A stretch of DNA of 64,000 bases from a virus (lineage: Duplodnaviria; Caudoviricetes): IMG/VR virus record IMGVR_UViG_3300025789_000018; one strand, given 5' to 3'. Each line of letters starts with the position of its first letter. The first letter of the stretch is position 1. Under the pieces are notes generated by a model. The model was not told the DNA's origin. It was given only the letters and a program-made list of their open reading frames with translations, and did not search any database. Of the stretch, positions 57,365 to 64,000 are shown piece after piece. The position numbers and the translations under genes are program-made.

Positions 57365-58692
57365 ATAACTTTGCCTATCAATGTTGACGCCTGTATATTA
57401 CTTATACATTTACTGGTGTCAACATCATCATTTTCTGTAATGTTGTCAATTTTTTTCGTTGTACCATCCATTAGAGGTACGTTTTGGCCATCTTTTATTT
57501 TGAGAATGAAGTCATCAAAGTGTAATGATATCACGGTGTTTGTCTGTGTCTCTACCAGTTTACGTATTTCTTCGCGAACGTCACCGTCAACACCGCCATA
57601 GATGAAATGTATAGGTCTATCGCCAGCAGCATCATTGATTGCTTTATACAAGTCTTTGCCGTGCTTCTCCACGTATTGAAAAAGAAGTAGAGTATTACCT
57701 TTTAGAGATAGAGCAAGGTTCTTAACAAACTTGTTACGTGCTTGATTGCCAACAATGAAATCCATTTCCTGTTTGTAGTCATTGTCTTTGTTGACTTTAC
57801 GAACTTCTTCTGCGTACTTTAAGACAAGTATCTTAATCTTCAGTTCGGCCAAATGCTTCTGTTCTATTAGATCAGCCGTTGATGCAACACGCTTTGCTGT
57901 ACCAAATAGCCCTTCTAGTACCAGCTTATTCGTTTCAATGCCGTCTAGTGTACCAGTGAAACCAAACCGATGTTTGCAGTTGACAAGATTGTCCATGATT
58001 GCAGTAAGAGATTTAGCTTTGAAAAGATGACATTCATCACCCATTACCACATCATACTGTGAGAACCAAGACTTTGGTTGCTTATAGATTGACTGCCATG
58101 TTGAAATAGTAAACATAGCATTAGTCTTCTTATCAGCACCAGCAGTGATCTTGTGTACTAGTTCATCATAGCCATAAGACTTAAAATCATCTGCTAACTG
58201 ATGAACCAAAGAAATAGTTGGTACAATGATTAGAGTTTTTTTAGCGTAATACTGTGCGATCATATAAATGATCAATGACTTACCAGAAGCGGTAGGAGAC
58301 AGTAGGAGCGATCTTGTCTTACGTACTGCATGTGCCAGTGCAGCTAACTGGTAATCGCGTGGTGCGAACGGGAGGTTTAAGGATTGAGCAAAATCTTCAG
58401 CTTCCCTTAGTGAAAATGGTGTTTCGTTAAACTCATCACTAAACTGGACATCATATCCACGATTACGAGCGAATGCTAGAACGTTTTGAAACAATCCTGC
58501 ATAGACGGTCTTTGTCATCACATTGAACAAACGAATCTTGCCGTCCCATAGTCTTTGTCTGACTAGAGGATGAAACTTGGCATTTGGTACCATGAACGTA
58601 AAGTATTCTGACAACTCCATAGCTAGACCGCTTTCACAGTCTACTCTGATGTGTACCTCGTTTACCTTTGTGATGTATAATGTGTCTGTCAT
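57334..58692 (-). CDS. uvsW: UvsW helicase N-terminal fragment with a non-helicase tail
   Basis: RDYQ, SPTASGKS, IVPTISLV, GDECH, GFTGT, LLLFQYVEKHG; homology ends at ETQTN (about 57538). Confidence 0.92.
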   Translation of the reverse strand: MTDTLYITKVNEVHIRVDCESGLAMELSEYFTFMVPNAKFHPLVRQRLWDGKIRLFNVMTKTVYAGLFQNVLAFARNRGYDVQFSDEFNETPFSLREAEDFAQSLNLPFAPRDYQLAALAHAVRKTRSLLLSPTASGKSLIIYMIAQYYAKKTLIIVPTISLVHQLADDFKSYGYDELVHKITAGADKKTNAMFTISTWQSIYKQPKSWFSQYDVVMGDECHLFKAKSLTAIMDNLVNCKHRFGFTGTLDGIETNKLVLEGLFGTAKRVASTADLIEQKHLAELKIKILVLKYAEEVRKVNKDNDYKQEMDFIVGNQARNKFVKNLALSLKGNTLLLFQYVEKHGKDLYKAINDAAGDRPIHFIYGGVDGDVREEIRKLVETQTNTVISLHFDDFILKIKDGQNVPLMDGTTKKIDNITENDDVDTSKCISNIQASTLIGKVIWTTRESTES

Positions 58693-59141
58693 TAGTTTCC
58701 GTTTTTAAATCTCTGCCACTCAATATAGTTGCGAACTATGAACCCACGCTCTGTGACGTTCTTGATGATCGACTCAAGCAATGCGGTCTTTTCTTTTTGA
58801 TATGAAATCTTAAGTGTTAAGTTGATAATGTCTTGATCTGAATCGATATGCATCGGAATATCAGACTTAAGAATGGCGCGAGGATTTGGTTTCCATCCAC
58901 TTTCTTCCAGTGTTTCTCGGTCTAGTGTACCCATGAAGTATTCAAACTTCAGGTGATACAACTGCTTATAATCTGCTTCTAACTTCCGAAGCTGTAGTCG
59001 TTCGTTTGAGAATACCTTGTAGTATTTATGATGTAGTTTTGGGATATTTACTGCAACCTGATCAATCGCAGTGGTATCAATCTCTGAGTCTTCTGCCCAG
59101 AGGTCATAGATTTCTTCAAGCTTCATGAATATAAACCTCAA
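58692..59141 (-). CDS. uvsY: Recombination mediator UvsY
   Basis: IPKLHHKYY, RGFIVRNYIEWQRF; position between gene 3 and uvsW. Confidence 0.85.
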   Translation of the reverse strand: MRFIFMKLEEIYDLWAEDSEIDTTAIDQVAVNIPKLHHKYYKVFSNERLQLRKLEADYKQLYHLKFEYFMGTLDRETLEESGWKPNPRAILKSDIPMHIDSDQDIINLTLKISYQKEKTALLESIIKNVTERGFIVRNYIEWQRFKNGN

Positions 59142-59656
59142 GTTAAGCGGGTGTATGTGTACTCGCGATATGAAAACTCTGCTGTAGCCGTAACGTAGTT
59201 TACATCAGTTTCAGTGGAATCAAATCTGAAACCCGACAGTGAAATGGGGTTGACATCACTAAATGTGATCTTAAGATTTGGATTCATTGTACCATTCAAT
59301 ACAATCAAGTCCGCGTCTACCAGAACACCGAAACCGTTTGGTTGTGCATTCAATGCTGCATACTGATTGAAACTCTCTGGAGTACCAATACCAGTCATCC
59401 AGTCATAGATTTCAAAGTAGTTGTACATGTCTTCATCGATCTTGAATGTCAACGAGAATGTATCAAACGTCAATGGAGTACCTGGCAACTGCATCTTACC
59501 GAAAGGTGTCTGTTGATTTCTGCTAGTGCTTAGACTGATGCGAGGAAAATCAAAGCTTTGGGCAAAGTAGTCAACATTTGGATTCTTGGTGAGATTAAAC
59601 TTATAACCAAGCGGGCTGAGAAAGTCGATTGATACAGGTTGAGTTGGATTTGTCAT
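59138..59656 (-). CDS. 3: Tail completion / sheath stabiliser gp3
   Basis: FLSPLGYKF, F.IDEDM.NY.EIYDWM, FDSTETDV.Y.TA.A.F.Y; synteny. Confidence 0.8.
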   Translation of the reverse strand: MTNPTQPVSIDFLSPLGYKFNLTKNPNVDYFAQSFDFPRISLSTSRNQQTPFGKMQLPGTPLTFDTFSLTFKIDEDMYNYFEIYDWMTGIGTPESFNQYAALNAQPNGFGVLVDADLIVLNGTMNPNLKITFSDVNPISLSGFRFDSTETDVNYVTATAEFSYREYTYTRLT

Positions 59657-60276
59657 AAAACATCTTTCTTTTTGTATGGACCTCGTTTGATTCCAGTTCG
59701 CGCTAATCCGCTTTTTCTTCCTGCTTCATTCATCAATTCTTTTGGTCTAGATTTTTGTGCGATAGACTGTTTTTCTTTCCAAACATCACCTCTATTTCTT
59801 GCATTTTCCCTAAACGCGCATAGAGTAGCTTCCGAATACACTCCAGTTTTTCCTTTATTCCAGGGCTCTTTACCAAGTAGGATTTTAGATTTATTATCTT
59901 TCCATTCCTGAGTACGCTCGTATTTGCCCATTTTTGCGCTATTAGATTTAGGCTTCCTCATCTTCTGCCTGGTCTCTTCGGTGTGTTGCCATCCTGATAT
60001 TCTGCCGGCGCTTATATTCTCTACGATCAGATTGGCCCATTCTTTAGATTCTACTATATTATTATCTTCGGAAAACTTGATTGCAAAATCTCTAGCTTCT
60101 TCCTCGTCATAAAACGAGAACAACTCTAACGTTTCTTGTTTAGAATTGTGTTTTTTTAGATGATCTTTCCAGTAGATTCCAGAACCCGTATATGATATGG
60201 GATCGGATCCCATTGTTTTACCGAAATATCTCAGTTCGCAGTGTGTGCATTTTTTCACATAAAGATGTATTGCCAT
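59653..60276 (-). CDS. GIY-YIG-like (Seg-type) homing endonuclease
   Basis: IHLYVKKCTHC.LRYFGKT, YTGSGIYW, HTEETRQKM, PWNKGKTG; TATAAATA at 60304-60311. Confidence 0.8.
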   Translation of the reverse strand: MAIHLYVKKCTHCELRYFGKTMGSDPISYTGSGIYWKDHLKKHNSKQETLELFSFYDEEEARDFAIKFSEDNNIVESKEWANLIVENISAGRISGWQHTEETRQKMRKPKSNSAKMGKYERTQEWKDNKSKILLGKEPWNKGKTGVYSEATLCAFRENARNRGDVWKEKQSIAQKSRPKELMNEAGRKSGLARTGIKRGPYKKKDVL

Positions 60277-60345
60277 GCTGTTACCTATCTGTTTTTACTT
60301 CACTATTTATATCAGATTCACCGTCAAATGTCTAGAGTTTTATGC

Positions 60346-60373
60346 TTGACATTTTATGCGAATCGTGTAATAT
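60346..60373 (+). promoter_or_regulatory. Early sigma70-type promoter with GANTC in the spacer (representative of 12 or more)
   Basis: TTGACA-ttttatgc-GAATC-gtg-TAATAT. Confidence 0.8.
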
Positions 60374-60402
60374 GATGATATAGACAGTGAAAGGACAAGA
60401 CA

Positions 60403-60753
60403 ATGAAGCCACTCATTCACGCTAAAGTTTCGGTAAAACGTCATGGTGGTTGTGTAGAAGATTATCTGCCCATTCACAACTTTATCGACTCATCAAAGAT
60501 TTCTATGCCAGATGTACGCCACCGTGCTATTCTGCATAGTTCATTTGGATGCTATCTCGCTGAACAGATGTTCGGTACATACATCACCAATGCTCAAGGC
60601 AAAGATGTGTCTGTACGCGACATTGCAGAAGAACACATTCAAGAAGACTTGGGCTTCATTCCCACTATTGAAAACTGGTTAGAAGAGATTCCACTAAAGC
60701 CTTGGATGTCTGGTGGAGCAAAGAAGCGTCGTGAAGAAAGGCTAGTTGACTGA
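60403..60753 (+). CDS. Conserved phage protein (DUF6915-like)
   Basis: HAK.SV..HGG..EDYLPIH.F.DSSK..PD.RHRAILHSSFG, VRDIAEEHI.EDLG. Confidence 0.65.
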   Translation: MKPLIHAKVSVKRHGGCVEDYLPIHNFIDSSKISMPDVRHRAILHSSFGCYLAEQMFGTYITNAQGKDVSVRDIAEEHIQEDLGFIPTIENWLEEIPLKPWMSGGAKKRREERLVD

Positions 60754-60832
60754 TGACTTATAGTAATCAAGAAATCTATGAAGTTACTCCCAAAGAAGTT
60801 GTGATTACCAAAACTGTTTATGAAAGGATTAA

Positions 60833-61411
60833 GTGATGAGTGCTTTTGATAATATTACCAAGAAGATCGCTGAAAAGAACTCTGAAATCGATGCGCTTAA
60901 GAAGGCGTACATGAAGGAACTTCAGTCGTCATTCAATGAAATCATCAAGTTGTTCTTTGAGGAATGCCCCAAGGTTCAGGCTGTTGTTTGGTCGCAGTAC
61001 ACTCCATACTTCAACGATGGTGAAGAATGTGTATTCAGCATCAACGAACCGCATTTTATTGTTGAAGGCTTCGATCCTGATGATCTGAAGGATCCTTATG
61101 AATACGAAGATGATGATGAATACAAGACTTTGCAGTATAGCAGTTATCAGACTCTTGAAGAAATCCTGATTCGTTATAAAAATGAACTTGCTAAGCCACA
61201 TGTAAGCGATTGGGTTAAAGGATACTATCCAACGTATATTGCTCAAGTCGAAAAGCAGTTTGAAGAATTTCCTGAATACCACAATAAGATTTTGACGTTT
61301 GTTAAGTTGCTGAACGATAATGAAGATGTACTGCAGGAAGTCTACGGCGATCACGTTGCTGTCTACCTGACTCCAGAAAAGGTTATCGTTGAGGAATATA
61401 GTCACGATTAA
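60833..61411 (+). CDS. Conserved hypothetical protein
   Basis: WSQYTPYFNDGEECVF. Confidence 0.7.
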   Translation: MMSAFDNITKKIAEKNSEIDALKKAYMKELQSSFNEIIKLFFEECPKVQAVVWSQYTPYFNDGEECVFSINEPHFIVEGFDPDDLKDPYEYEDDDEYKTLQYSSYQTLEEILIRYKNELAKPHVSDWVKGYYPTYIAQVEKQFEEFPEYHNKILTFVKLLNDNEDVLQEVYGDHVAVYLTPEKVIVEEYSHD

Positions 61412-61446
61412 GGGTTGACATTTTTAGCGAATCGTATATAGTGGGA

Positions 61447-61518
61447 ATATAGAGAGCGAACGAGTGGTCTTTCGCAGATTGGCAGTCGCCTAAGTGGACC
61501 TCGCTCTCATATTTTTTT
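61447..61518 (+). ncRNA. Candidate small RNA / attenuator hairpin
   Basis: Starts just after promoter 61415-61442; GAGAGCGA/TCGCTCTC plus GGTC/GACC stems, then a T-run. Confidence 0.45.
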
Positions 61519-61529
61519 GGAGATTCGCT

Positions 61530-61745
61530 ATGAAAGTTTTTGGTGCTGCTCTGTTCATTTTCGGCGGTCTTCTGATTGCTGGTTCTGCCAGTGCTGATGA
61601 TTACTGGGAAGCATGTCGCCACGCTGTAGATTGTGTTGCAGGTGATCCTCCCAGTGGTCTAGTACAAATCGCTGAGTTGACTTTTGGATTGATCTTTGCT
61701 ATCGTTGGATGTCGTTTTCTGATGCTTGGCTTTGATCAAGACTAA
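61530..61745 (+). CDS. Small membrane/secreted protein
   Basis: Signal-peptide-like N-terminus and C-terminal TM; GGAG SD. Confidence 0.55.
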   Translation: MKVFGAALFIFGGLLIAGSASADDYWEACRHAVDCVAGDPPSGLVQIAELTFGLIFAIVGCRFLMLGFDQD

Positions 61746-61769
61746 TAAATATATCTATTAGAGGAGGTC

Positions 61770-61937
61770 ATGATGTTGGTTAAGCAGTATTCTCTACCTA
61801 CTTTTAAACAAGGATATCGTGCTATCTCCAATACACGAAGCGAACTTATGAAACGATATCGTGCTGGTCAGAAGTTGGATGTCGAAGAGAAAGACTGGCT
61901 GGACTGGTCTGATATCGCGCTGGATCAAACTAACTAA
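61770..61937 (+). CDS. Small hypothetical protein (55 aa)
   Basis: GAGGAGG SD; MMLVKQYSLP... Confidence 0.55.
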   Translation: MMLVKQYSLPTFKQGYRAISNTRSELMKRYRAGQKLDVEEKDWLDWSDIALDQTN

Positions 61938-61944
61938 GCTTTAT

Positions 61945-62023
61945 GCGCTGGTATGCCGCCTGACTTCTAATCAGGAGAAAGCTAACTGGACACATGGGGG
62001 TTCGAATCCCTCCCAGCGCGCCA
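61945..62023 (+). tRNA. tRNA-Arg(UCU)-like RNA lacking a D-arm, with D-loop-like sequence in the variable region
   Basis: GCGCTGG-TATGCCG-CCTGA-CTTCTAA-TCAGG-AGAAAGCTAACTGGACACAT-GGGGG-TTCGAAT-CCCTC-CCAGCGC-G-CCA. Confidence 0.7.
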
Positions 62024-62051
62024 GATTCTATATTCAATATTTCTTAGGGCT

Positions 62052-62261
62052 TTGATTATGATTGAAGGGTTGAACTTATGTATTCGAAGCACCGAAACTA
62101 TCAATAAAGGCATGGGCGGAAGAGATATGCCTTTGTATTATCTTAAAAAGTGTAAGACTGCACTTGAAGTTGCGACAGTCGCATTAGAAGAAGCATATGC
62201 TTCTGATGATGCAACAGAAATGCGACATATCATTTCTAATGCTCTGGAAGCTTTAAAGTGA
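62052..62261 (+). CDS. Hypothetical protein whose last 21 nt overlap a tRNA
   Basis: 69-aa ORF between tRNAs. Confidence 0.45.
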   Translation: MIMIEGLNLCIRSTETINKGMGGRDMPLYYLKKCKTALEVATVALEEAYASDDATEMRHIISNALEALK

Positions 62262-62314
62262 AGCCAGCCGCTCATAACGGCTAGAAGGCGGGGCAGTACC
62301 GTCACGGAGTACCA
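62241..62314 (+). tRNA. tRNA(CAU) (Ile2 or Met) with non-canonical elbow
   Basis: GCTCTGG-AA-GCTT-TAAAGTG-AAGC-C-AGCCG-CTCATAA-CGGCT-AGAA-GGCGG-GGCAGTA-CCGTC-ACGGAGT-A-CCA. Confidence 0.75.
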
Positions 62315-62331
62315 AAAAAGAAAGTTTGTAA

Positions 62332-62408
62332 GGACCCTTAGCTTAGTAGGCTAAAGCATTCGACTTTTAATCGAAAGATCCTGGGTTCGAGTCCCAGAGG
62401 GTCCACCA
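62332..62408 (+). tRNA. tRNA-Lys(UUU)
   Basis: Canonical cloverleaf; TTCGA-CTTTTAA-TCGAA; CCA. Confidence 0.95.
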
Positions 62409-62571
62409 AACTAAGTGAAGGTAATTTATGATCAAGATCATACTTGTTGTGATGTTAATTTCGGTTGCAATAGCTATCATCAACGGTATATGTGATAAGG
62501 ATGATAATACTGCTGGTTGGAGTTAGCAACAAGGATACTGGTGAAAATCCAGGCGGGTCCACCAATTTAAT

Positions 62572-62646
62572 GCGCGATTAACTCAGCGGTAGAGTGCTGT
62601 CCTGACTCGACAGATGCCGGAAGTTCGATCCTTCCATCGCGCACCA
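62572..62646 (+). tRNA. tRNA-Val(GAC)
   Basis: Cloverleaf; CTGTC-CTGACTC-GACAG (U37 atypical); CCA. Confidence 0.9.
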
Positions 62647-62649
62647 ATA

Positions 62650-63231
62650 TTATTGTGAAACTCTAAAAGCAGAACTTACACCCAAGGTAAACTTGTGTTC
62701 GCTATAGCCAATGTCAAACTGTAGATTCTGTTTCTTAGGTGGAACCCATGAAACATAGATGCCAGTTTTGACCTTTGTGTCATAGTAGACAGAAGGCATG
62801 ATTGTAAGTGTATCTGTTGGTGTAAAGTTGTATTCAGTCACATATGTCTGTGAATGTTTAGCAATCTGAACATCTGTACCAAAGTAAAAGTATTTGTTAA
62901 AAACATACTTTGATGGCACTTCAATGAAAACACCATTGTTATTATCGTATCCTAGCTTGGCTGATAAGTCAAACTTGTGATTATAAATGATAGCATACTT
63001 TGCACCAAAGCTGGTGTTATCTTTGGATACTTCTAAGTCCTTTGCAATAGCCATTCTAAACTCATAACCATCAGTACCTATTTCAGCCTGAAAAGTTTTA
63101 AGTGGAATGACGTCAGCATCGATACCTACGCCTGGTCTATCAGCATTGATCTGTTGATCTTCCGCGAGTGCTGGAGCAGAGAACAGAAGTGTTAGTGCTA
63201 CTATTACTGCTTTTGTTCTACGTAGCCACAT
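62650..63231 (-). CDS. Putative outer-membrane beta-barrel protein
   Basis: Signal peptide ending PALA; I.ADRP..P..FQ.E.G like MetA-pathway/phenol-degradation barrels; alternating beta pattern. Confidence 0.55.
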   Translation of the reverse strand: MWLRRTKAVIVALTLLFSAPALAEDQQINADRPGVGIDADVIPLKTFQAEIGTDGYEFRMAIAKDLEVSKDNTSFGAKYAIIYNHKFDLSAKLGYDNNNGVFIEVPSKYVFNKYFYFGTDVQIAKHSQTYVTEYNFTPTDTLTIMPSVYYDTKVKTGIYVSWVPPKKQNLQFDIGYSEHKFTLGVSSAFRVSQ

Positions 63232-63566
63232 CCTGCTTTGTCCTCATGGAGTGATGTTAGTTCGACATGCATTGCTTTGATTTCAGCAAACTCGGCCAAG
63301 ATCGTTTCGTGATCTTGCTGGCTTCTAGCTTCTGTCTTTCTGGCTTGAACTTCTTGACCTACCATGATTACACTAAGTAGAACTAGTTGAAGAAATGTCT
63401 GTGCGATCCATGAGATTGTAGCTGCAAGCCCAGCGTGAATAGCGTCTGGTAGACTGATTAGAGCCAACAAAGCAAACGCATAAGCACACCACATGGTGCC
63501 TACTGTATCTGTAAGGGTCACTGCAACCATGTCGTTGAACTTAGTGATGTTATCTTTGATAGACAT
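63204..63566 (-). CDS. DUF1003-like membrane protein
   Basis: GTMWCAYAFALLALISLP..WIAQTFLQLVLLSVIMVGQ. Confidence 0.65.
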   Translation of the reverse strand: MSIKDNITKFNDMVAVTLTDTVGTMWCAYAFALLALISLPDAIHAGLAATISWIAQTFLQLVLLSVIMVGQEVQARKTEARSQQDHETILAEFAEIKAMHVELTSLHEDKAGCGYVEQKQ

Positions 63567-63611
63567 GATTATACTCCCTTTTTATTATTATTTATGATTT
63601 AGAGAGTTTGT

Positions 63612-63696
63612 GCGGGCGTGGGGGAATTGGTAGACCCGCGAGACTTAAAATCTTGTTGCTTCGGCAGTGCTGGTTCGATTCCAGTCGCCCGTACCA
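63612..63696 (+). tRNA. tRNA-Leu(UAA)
   Basis: Class II cloverleaf; CTTAAAA loop; TGC-TTCG-GCA variable arm; CCA. Confidence 0.95.
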
Positions 63697-63712
63697 AATA
63701 AGTAACGAATAC

Positions 63713-63786
63713 TGCCCTTTCGTCTAATGGTAGGACCACGCCCTTTGAAGGCGTTAATCTTGGTTCGAATCCAAGCGGAGCATCCA
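63713..63786 (+). tRNA. tRNA-Gln(UUG)
   Basis: ACGCC-CTTTGAA-GGCGT; TTCGAAT; CCA; two acceptor-stem mismatches. Confidence 0.88.
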
Positions 63787-63795
63787 AAGTTTAAA

Positions 63796-63826
63796 GGGGA
63801 GTAGTTTTGCTACTCCCCCTTTTTTT
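63796..63826 (+). terminator. Intrinsic terminator, possibly bidirectional
   Basis: GGGGAGTAG/CTACTCCCC stem followed by a T-run. Confidence 0.8.
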
Positions 63827-64000
63827 ATTTACGGATTGTCCAAGCGTCTGTAGCTAACTTGGGATCTTCTAGATATCTTGCTGGAATCCAGAAGTGGCCA
63901 TCGTCGCCCCAGTCTGTTCCCCAAGAGTTGCGTACTTCATAGTATGGTTCTACTTTACCATCTGCACCATGCGCACTAGGATCAAAGTTATTATCATAAC
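63825..64000 (-). CDS. Papain-like (C1) cysteine peptidase, C-terminal end only
   Basis: YD...YYEVRNSWGTDWGDDGHFWIP. Confidence 0.8.
   Translation of the reverse strand, partial: YDNNFDPSAHGADGKVEPYYEVRNSWGTDWGDDGHFWIPARYLEDPKLATDAWTIRK

Noticed and set aside
56667-57540. Group I intron interrupting uvsW
   Set aside because: Only about 175 nt 5' and 25 nt 3' flank the HNH ORF; no recognisable P7/core; the exon would not end in U.
62527-62564. Complete extra tRNA
   Set aside because: Only a T-arm-like hairpin and 3' acceptor strand; no 5' partner or anticodon arm.
63599-63787. 62-aa minus-strand ORF
   Set aside because: Antisense reading of tRNA-Leu and tRNA-Gln.
1-64000. CRISPR array, integrase or IS element
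   Set aside because: No regularly spaced repeat-spacer array and no recombinase or transposase motifs seen.

Overview
A 64-kb segment of a T4-like (gp55/gp45/gp44/62-type) myophage genome, mostly on the minus strand, probably infecting an alphaproteobacterium (inferred from CcrM-type GANTC sites fixed inside its early promoters). In order it holds late/virion genes (fibre-like proteins, putative capsid-internal proteins, Dps, cytidyltransferase), an RNA-repair cluster (phosphoesterase, kinase, Rnl1, Rnl2) and many small early-gene cassettes. Auxiliary genes follow (phoH, speD-like, grx, prx, hsp20, def), then the replication/recombination module (41, uvsX, 43, regA, 62, 44, 45, 46, 47, 55, uvsW, uvsY, 3), a glycosyltransferase/nucleotide-modification cluster, eight free-standing endonuclease genes and tRNAs. 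Most notable: (1) two well-formed cloverleaf tRNAs (Gly-UCC, CAU) sharing a non-canonical elbow (T-loop GGxRGUA, D-loop without GG); (2) a tRNA-Arg-like RNA whose D-loop sequence lies 3' of the anticodon arm; (3) a covarying hairpin leader shared by five unrelated homing endonuclease genes; (4) at least 12 early promoters of form TTGACA-N8-GANTC-N3-TANNNT; (5) a uvsW helicase fractured by a MobE-like HNH gene, with an intein-like remnant and a +1 frameshift. Family names are from motif recognition only; no database search was run.
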